From the human T2T-CHM13v2.0 reference genome, Homo sapiens, in assembly GCF_009914755.1 (NCBI RefSeq), contig NC_060929.1: a DNA stretch of 64,000 bases; one strand, 5' to 3'. Positions 55,665 to 64,000 of this stretch are shown here, one piece after another (position 1 is the first letter of the stretch; the number at the start of each line of letters is the position of its first letter). The translations under genes and the position numbers were made by a program. The notes under the pieces are model-generated. The model was not told the origin of the DNA, searched no databases, and worked only from the letters and a program-made list of their open reading frames with translations.

Positions 55665-56101
55665 CCCACTAAAAAGATTCTAGTCAAAAACTTCTGGTTC
55701 TTTGATAGAATGACTATACTAATAGTTATGATTAGTTTCTATTTAGAATGTCTTCTTTTCTTATACATTATAACTTTTCCCTACCTTCAGTCAAGAGTTA
55801 ACTGGGTTCAAATTTCCATAAATGTCTGTTTCCTGGATGGACTGCGGTGTATATTCAAAAGTAAATTCTCTTGCCATACCAGGCAGTATTTTCTGGACAT
55901 GGCAGCCTAGGAAGCCTAGGTTGTGCTTTCTAAGCCATATGAGACAATAACTTGCCATTACTCAAAATATGCAGTTGGCATGGATATGCAGGCATAAGTG
56001 ACTTCTCTCTTCTTTCCATAAATATATTCTAACAACAATGTTTGTTTTCAAACCTTTTCTACCAACTCATATTAACCTATGAAGAAGAATCTGGTTCATT
56101 A

Positions 56102-56406
56102 TTTTGTTTGTTTGTTTGTTTGTCTTGAGATGGAGTCTCTCTCTGTCCCCCAGGCTGGAGTGAGGTGGCGCGATCTCGGCCACTGCAACCTCCACTTCCC
56201 AGGTTCAAGTGATTCTCCTGCCTCAGCCTGCCGAGTAGCTGGGATTACAGGTGTGTGCCACCACACTTGGCTAATTTTTTGTATTTTTAATAGCGGCGAG
56301 GTTTCACCATGTTAGCCAGGATGGTCTCCATCTCCTGACCTTGTGATTTGCCCGCCTCAGCCTCCCAAAGTGCTGGGATTACAGGCGTGAGCCACAGTGC
56401 CCGGCC
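56102..56406 (-). mobile_element. AluSc8-like SINE with a (TTTG)n tail
   Basis: gttagccaggatggtctc.atctcctgacct.gtgat combined with S-type caacctcc...ggttcaagtgattctcc; TSD tcattat. Confidence 0.95.
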
Positions 56407-59279
56407 TCATTATGTTTTTATATGTATTTGTGAAAGCTTCTAACAGAATTGTATCCTAATACACTTCTCTCAAACTGTCAGCATCCTGGACATCCCTGTT
56501 GGACAACACCTTGAAGGGCTATACGGTAAGAATAATTAATTTTCAATTTATAGGCATCTGTTATCAATGAAAAAGGAGCAAGAACAAACCCCCAAACTAT
56601 AAGCCTCATTCCTGTAATATCATTCCTAGTGCCAGTTTAGGCACTAATCAAAAGAATTTCATTAGGTAGATTCAACCAATGTCTAATATTTTATAGAAAA
56701 TGCTGACAGAAATTAAGTGGTTTGCCATGCAACAGTTATTAGTAAATCTGGTATTTATGACTCAGACGTCTCAAGTTTCCAGTATATTACTCAGCAACTA
56801 TACATTTCTTTCTCTTTTTGTATGTGTCAGTCCCATGCTGATGTTGTTGTGACTGAACTTCTGCAGTGAAATCAATGTATCTAACCTTCAAAGACTGACA
56901 ATCATATCCTGCTTCCTCCTAGACTTTTCACTTTTGAAAATATACTATGGGCTTCTCTCCCATATTTTCTCTGTACTATAGTAGGCTCTTTTCTGGTAAT
57001 TTCACTTCTTAGGAATATTAATGGCATAAAATTATGACAATCACTGCCATTTTTTTCTTAAAATGCAGATTGCCAGGTTTAGCAATTGCAGATTGGATTT
57101 GAAAGAGAAGAGATTCAAATGCAGTAATCCTGCCAGAAGACATAGCTCCTTCACTGATTTAGAATCAGCGAAATGTGTGACAGGAAAGACTATGTTGGAA
57201 ATAGGGTTTGATACATGTTTCAAGAGCAAAATTGAAACTACCCTCTCATGGATTGCAGCTATAGATCACTAAAGAGATCTTCGCATAAGCAAAAGGCTGC
57301 AGGCCCTGCCTTCTCCTTCATCCTTCTCAGGGTGGAAACATCTATTTCAAAATTAGATGTGTCAAATCTTTCACAATTCATTGCTGAAGTACATGCCTAA
57401 AACTGTCTCTTATTGAAAAATATATTAATTATATTTCTGCCTTTTTATCATGTAAATTTAGAGCTCATGAAAGGAACCAGATGGACAGCTTTTGGGAATG
57501 AATCCTTCCTTTGATTAAAAGACAAGGAGGAAAGTTTCTACATGCTCCATCTCTGAAAAGCTTCCTCCTAAAACTTTTAGCACTGTTGAATTAGTTGGAA
57601 ATTGTGAACACCATGTTTTTGTTGTGTGTTTTGAATGCCAAGATTTTGTTGTGTGTGTATATGTGTGTTGGTGGGAGGGGTGGGGACAAAGAGGGAATAA
57701 TTGTTAGTGCCAACAGCAATCTTAAGTTTTCTTATAAGTATTATCTTGATTGGTCTTTTGGACCTTTAAAGATGAAAGTATTTTAATTAATTAAACAGCA
57801 TCCCATACATCATGTGGATGTAAAACTATAAAAACTAACAGAATACAACTCTTAACATTTCAAATGTACTTCTTCCTGTTCTGAAATCTCTAACTCATCT
57901 TACTAGATTGAATTCACTTTTTCAAAATATTAATCACTAATAACACATCAGACTACTAGGAATATGTATTTGTTGTTTTATTTCTTTTATGAAATAAAGA
58001 TTTATTGAACACTTATTTTATGTCAGCCCCAGTATAAGAAGATGATGCAATGGTGAATAAAAAGGCACCAGTTATACTCTGAGGACACTGGTATTCTAGT
58101 CCAAAATGCAGACAGGCCAATGTCAGGAAACACACAAGATACTGAGATACCAAATTAAGGAGTTAACCTCAGTCATATTTGGGAGACAGAAAACATGAAA
58201 ATGGTAGATATGAGAATTGAAGATCTTGGAAGCAGTTGACTTAGCTAATCCAGTTTGGATAATGGCTGATGGTGACATTTGGGGGTGTTTTTAAATGAGT
58301 TGGTTTTAATATTTCATATTAAAATTCAGAAATTCATAGCTTAACCTTGTTCATTAGATTTTGGTGTTAAGAAGTTACTGCTGGGGTATCTAGAAAAATA
58401 CATACATTAATATAGAAATGCATATAAATGAACTACAGTAAGGAAGCCCTTGAGGAAATAAGAGGACAGACTCACTACCATGTAGAATATCTCTTAGCAA
58501 GGTATTGATATTTAAAAGATTACTAACATCTTGCAATTTGTCTTGGAGTATGGTTTCTACTTAGCTTCCTTCCTTTTCTGGTCACATTGGTTTTGGGGCA
58601 CTATCTAGCTAAGTCGACAACTATAAAACAAAACCAAAGTCTAGGCTTAGATTAACATTTTGGCTTATTGATCTTGCAGTAAAATAGATCTACTGGTATT
58701 ACAAATCCTATTTATCTTACTTGATGGAAGTTCTGTTGTTTTTCCTGGCTAATTATTAAGATTAGTTGAATCTAATATTTTGTTCTCAGGTATTGACAAA
58801 ATGCTTAATTGGCAATTTGGCTAATTCTGTTGCCTGCTTCCTCCGAAACAGGAAACTGAAAGTTTTTACTTGGTTACTGCTATCCTTGGTTTATAGTCAG
58901 GCTCAAAATCTTAGTTCTCAAGTATTAGCTTTTAACCCAGCATTAAAATAGAAAAAAATACACACTGATATTACACAGTATTCAGTCTTAGTTTTGTTGT
59001 TAAGAATCTTTTTCTAGAGTGACATAACTTTCATCAATAGTGATTTGAGATGTAGCAGCTTTAAAACATTTTTCCACATTACAGAATTACTCTGCTTTCT
59101 AACATGATATGGTTTTAATTTTGAAAAGAATTTCACAAAATTTTTCTCCAGTTGAATTGATTTTCATGGTATTAAGTATGGAAAATTATGCTTCTTTTGG
59201 ATTAATTTAATCAGCATCATCTTGGAACTCTACATTTCTTAAAATGTTGATTATTTTCTGCAAAGCCCTCCTCTCCTAC

Positions 59280-59412
59280 CCAAACTTCTCGAAAGCTCCA
59301 TGTAAGAAGGGACTTTTACTATCTTGTTCATCACCATATTTTCAACACTTACAAAGACTGACTCCTAATAAGCTCTCCTATTTTATTACTTGAATGAATG
59401 ATAGATGAGTAA
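59280..59412 (+). mobile_element. L2 3' end
   Basis: aagctccatg...gggacttttactatcttgttcatcacc...ttgaatgaatga. Confidence 0.6.
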
Positions 59413-59717
59413 GTGTGGGATGTATATGTAAGTATAAAGTCTACAGCCATTACTCTGGGCTTTCATTATGAACAGCATAAAATGATTAGGAATTTTTTTT
59501 TGTAATGCTGATGGAAACTCGTCTTTTGCATTGTGTTTTAACTTGTTAGCAGTATGCTCAACATTTTAATTTGTTTTTTGTATTTATACTGTGAAGAAAT
59601 CAGTCTGTATATCAACCCTTTTAGTAAAAGCCGAAACTTAAGTCTGCATAAGCAGGTGACATTCCAAGAGCACAAGGCCATTAAGGATACAGAGCTGGGA
59701 ATCACTGGAGTCTTTAG

Positions 59718-59940
59718 AGAGAGGCAAAGTAGTGGTTAAGGATGTGGACTTGAGAGCGGACTGCTTGGAGTTAATCTAGGCTCTGCCTTTTATAAGTGTG
59801 AGCCCTTGAGCAAGTTACCTAATCTCTTGGTGCTTCAATGGACTCATAATAGAGTTATTGTGAGGATCAAAGGAGTCAACATGTATAAATTGCTTAGAAC
59901 AGTGCCTACCAACTAGAAAACACTCAATAGATACCAGTGT
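59718..59940 (+). mobile_element. MIR SINE, core partly deleted
   Basis: gtagtggttaagg...gactgcttgg...ggctctgcc...ttgagcaagttacctaatctc...ttgtgaggatcaaa...gcttagaacagtgcct. Confidence 0.85.
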
Positions 59941-60619
59941 TTATTCTAGCCACGGGCCCTTTCTACCCTGGGCTAGAAGGCAAGTGGTTTCTTCACATTT
60001 TTCTTTATAATTTGTCTTCAAATACATGTACATATTCTATGAAACATCATAAAGCATGGCAACTTGTGCTTGCTCTAAATGCTGTACTTTAAGTACCATA
60101 TTATTTTATATAAATGTAAAATAAAATCTTTTATATTTAGTTTTATTATATCTATCATAATTCATAGGGATTTGTACATTTTCTTTTAAATTTAAATATC
60201 CCCTATCCAGAAAGGAGTGATACACAGAGAGAATTCACTCCAAATCAGTGATGAAGTAGAAGTTTATGTGAAGTAACAAAAGGCATTGCATCTCTCGTAT
60301 TAGATAACTCGCTGTCAAGTGCCAATCTGCATCTCTAGGGACGAGGTTCCCAGTTCATCTCTGAAATAGAAAACGTTGCCCTAAATTTTTATTGATTTTG
60401 GTGACAATAACTAACAGCTGCAAAATTGTCTCCCAGGAATTAGAATACCATGCCAGAGATTTATACTACTTGTACTTTCTCAAAATTAGCTGAAACCCAT
60501 ATGAGGACTTCAAACTAAGTTAGGGAAGAAATAGATTATTTCAGTCACTATTGCTAAAACTGAGTCATAAAGGTAAGAAGTAGAGTTGGATTTTTTGCAT
60601 AATACTTATACAGAACTAA

Positions 60620-60923
<304 letters not shown>

Positions 60924-61866
60924 TTAAGTTAAGAATTATTGAAGTTTAAATTAACATGAAAACCAAAGAAGTACTGAAAAAAAATTAGGTGAATGTTTTT
61001 ATAACCTTGGAAGAGGGAAGATTTCCTAAGCATAACGTCAAAAAGAAAAACCAATTCAAAAATTTAATAGATTTGATTACATAAAAGTGTAAAACTTTCA
61101 TATCACAAACAAATATTTAAAATGTTAAATAGAAAAAATTATAAACAATATTTGAAAACTATATGAAGTATGTATTATTAATAATGTTAATCAATAAATA
61201 AATCTTACCAAGCAATAAATTAAAAACAAACAACTTAATTGAAAAAATGATAATGGTAAACAAATAGGCAATTCACAAAAGAAGAAATGCAAATGAACAT
61301 GCAATATGTAAAGAGATGTTTAACCTCTCCATGTAGATACTAGAAATTAATGTAGCACTGTATTAATATTTTAAAGATAGGCTTAGATTTAATAAGATTG
61401 ACACTATCCATTTCCTTCTAAGGGTAAGGTAAATGTCTATTCCCACTATATAAAGATGAAATAAAAATTGGTACAATGTTTCTGAGGACAATCTGCTAAT
61501 AGAAAAATAGATATAGATAGGAATAATACATAATTTTATGTATGAATATATACATAATTTTGCTACTTTCAGAATTTCAAATTATAGGATTTTAATTTAT
61601 GCAAATAAACAATGTGTAAAGATATATAGATATACATATAAGAAAAATTGAGAAAATGATATATCTATATACCTTCACACATTGGTTTGGTTATTCGCAT
61701 AAATTAAAACATTCTCGTTATTTACAAGTATGTAAAAAATGAAACACTAGAAAAATAATTAATTATTGTATACCTGTACAATAGTGTATTATAGTTCATC
61801 AAAAATGGCGATGTAGCACTATGCTAAAGTAGAAAATGTCCATTGTATATGCTCAATAAATATGCA

Positions 61867-61869
<3 letters not shown>

Positions 61870-61897
<28 letters not shown>
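61870..61897. repeat. (TG)n microsatellite
   Basis: About 14 uninterrupted TG units. Confidence 0.95.
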
Positions 61898-61982
61898 AGT
61901 AAACCAGCATATGTATTATGGGCCTTTATATTCATTAGAGAAGGCTGAGAAAGTTTTATATCAACATATATATTCTTAACCA

Positions 61983-62415
61983 CTTTATCGGGTATTTATA
62001 TCATAAAATTTACTGATTTCAAATATACAATGCAATGGTTTCAGTAACTTTACCAGGTAGTGGTAAAGCCATCAGTATACATCAATTTCAGAACATTTTA
62101 TTACCCCCAATAACCTTCCTCTTGCCCTCTTAAAGTTAGTTAATCCCCTTTCCCATTACCAGTCTTTAGCAACCAACAATCTACTTTCTGTTTCTATAAA
62201 TATGGCTTTTCTGGACGTTTTATATAAATTGAATCATGCAGTATGTGATCTCGCATTCTGGCTTTTTTCACTTAGCATGTTACTTTTTAAGTTCGTTTAT
62301 GATTTAAAATATGTCAGTGTTTGTTCCTTTTAACTGGTGAATAGTATTCCATCATATAGATATTACACACTTTGTCTAATGGACATTTAAGTTGCTTTTG
62401 GTTGGGGATCATTAT
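61983..62415 (-). mobile_element. L1MB7/8-like 3' fragment inserted in the older L1
   Basis: caatttcagaacatttt, gcaaccaacaatctactttctgtttctata, tggctttttcacttagcat, gaatagtattccat. Confidence 0.8.
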
Positions 62416-63512
62416 TTACACGCCAACATGTTAATAATAATTATCTCTGGATGTTGGGATTATAAATGCTTTTCACTTTCTTCTACATACATTTCTCTGT
62501 GTGTTTATGCCTTAATAATTCAGGAGGGAGAATTAGGATTAAAGCACTATTTTTAACAGGGCTTAATATAAAATGATGAAACAGCAGGTTTGTTTAGAAA
62601 TTTAGATCCCAATTGAATTGTTTTGCATGGCAATTATTTTCTGCATCCTTACTCCCCTGCATGTTCAAGACATTCTGCTGATTTTCTGTAGAAGGCTAAA
62701 GAACTGAAAAATTTGTAAATTTTCCAAAATTTATCTTAAAAATAATACCATAATAGTTAATTTCCTTGTTGAAGAGGAATTGACCCAAACACCATTTTTT
62801 AAACTTAGCTGCTACTTTAACTTTTACTTGTAATTATTTTATTAAAAGTTTTAGTGTTTTAAGGAGAATAAGTTGAATGTATATACATAATGAATATATA
62901 TAACATATATGTACATAAACATATTTATAATGATTTATATCAAATATATAATACATAACACATTATACCCTATAGAAACATGTAACAATAGAAATATGAA
63001 ATACAGAATTTTTCTTAATAGTGGTAATTTGAAAAGATATCATGATTCAGTTATTCTGAATAGTTTTGATGTATTACAGCATTTTTAAAAAATCAGTTAT
63101 ACTTCTTATCCACAAATACTAATTCATCACATACTTACTGGTTCTTTTATATGACAGAAATTTACTATGGGAGTGAGATCGCACTGTTACTGCTCTCAGA
63201 GAACTTTAAAGAGGTAACTTGTAAAAAATTAAATTTCAAAATGATGAGTTAAGGCTAACAATAATAAGAAATAGCAAGATTTACTTGGCTCTCACATATT
63301 TTGTGTTGTGCTGAAATCGATTACAAAAATCTAGTTTATACAGAATCTACATGGTAAGTCAATAAATTCCTCACTAAAAATGAGTGGATCTTTTGTGTAG
63401 TTATTGTTATATTTTTATTATATCATCATCATCATCATTTTAAAATTTGAAGAATCTGCATAAAGTTTGGAACAAGTGTTTCTTTTGTAAAACCTGCCTT
63501 AATTATGCAACA

Positions 63513-63671
63513 CAAATGTTTGAAAGTGTGAGAATTACCAAAATGTGACACAGGGACACAGTGTTGTTGGAAAAATGGTGCCAATAGACTTGCTTGATGC
63601 AAGGTTGTCATAAATCTTCAATTTGAAAAACACACAATAATTGTAAAGCACAATACAAAGAGGTATGTCTA
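63513..63671 (-). mobile_element. Tigger1 (TcMar) 5' terminal fragment
   Basis: gagaattaccaaaatgtgacacag...ttggaaaaatggtgccaatagacttgcttgatgca...gaggtatgtct matches the reverse complement of the Tigger1 left end. Confidence 0.8.
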
Positions 63672-63911
63672 TGCAAATGGATTTGGGTCAAGGGATTAAG
63701 AACCTCAAAAACCCAAGTTCTTATGTCATCATTAATATTTAATGCATTGCATGAGCTTTAAAATATTAAGCATTCAAATATGTGAAAGTTTACTTGGAAC
63801 AAGAATTCTCTTTTTTCAATGAAAACATCACTGAAAAAATAGTAGGCATTTTTCTAGCTGATGGTGTATGGCCCAAGCATATCTAAAGTGATTGTGCTTG
63901 CCTAAAGCCTG

Positions 63912-64000
63912 GGCCAGGCGCAGTGTCTCACGCCTGTAATCCCAGCACTTTGGGAGGCCTAGGCGGGCGAATCACGAGATCAAGAGTTCAAGACCAGCCT
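63912..64000 (+). mobile_element. AluSg-like SINE, cut by the window end
   Basis: ggccaggcgcagtg.ctcacgcctgtaatcccagcactttgggaggc...atcacgag. Confidence 0.95.

Larger units (their letters stand above)
60930..62520 (+). mobile_element. Old L1ME ORF2-end/3' UTR fragment, interrupted
   Basis: tttataaccttgg, atagatttgattacataaaa, aaataggcaattcacaaaagaagaaatgcaaatg, aaattggtacaa. Confidence 0.7.

Noticed and set aside
55411-55687. K/E/R-rich and F/L/S-rich ORFs (also 37082-37309, 36943-37365, 46304-46561)
   Set aside because: Translations of purine/pyrimidine microsatellites, which lack stop codons by composition
60248-60364. GTGATGA ... CTGA pair resembling C/D-box snoRNA boxes
   Set aside because: No terminal stem or recognisable guide; both motifs are common by chance

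Overview
AT-rich, CpG-poor primate (most likely human) non-coding DNA, either intergenic or deep intronic. I found no credible cellular protein-coding exon, RNA gene or CpG island, and I cannot name the locus. Much of the window is decayed transposable element: 11 Alu-family SINEs (most with visible target-site duplications, TSDs), several solo LTRs (THE1C, MSTA, MLT1, MER41A, ERVL-type), old L1M/L2/MIR fragments, a rearranged L1PA carrying the ORF2 endonuclease region, and DNA transposons (MER1B, MER20, MER102, MER45A, Tigger1). There are also long polypurine/polypyrimidine tracts. The strongest non-repeat signal lies in a transposon-poor block at about 9.4-15.4 kb. It holds four nuclear-receptor half-sites at exact 11-bp periodicity (three chained DR5s, 11744-11782) and a second perfect DR5 (14544-14560), suggesting a retinoic-acid-responsive enhancer cluster. 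Several repeats also carry templated inverted-insertion scars. Repeat subfamily names come from remembered consensus sequences, not a RepeatMasker run, and edges of old elements are approximate.
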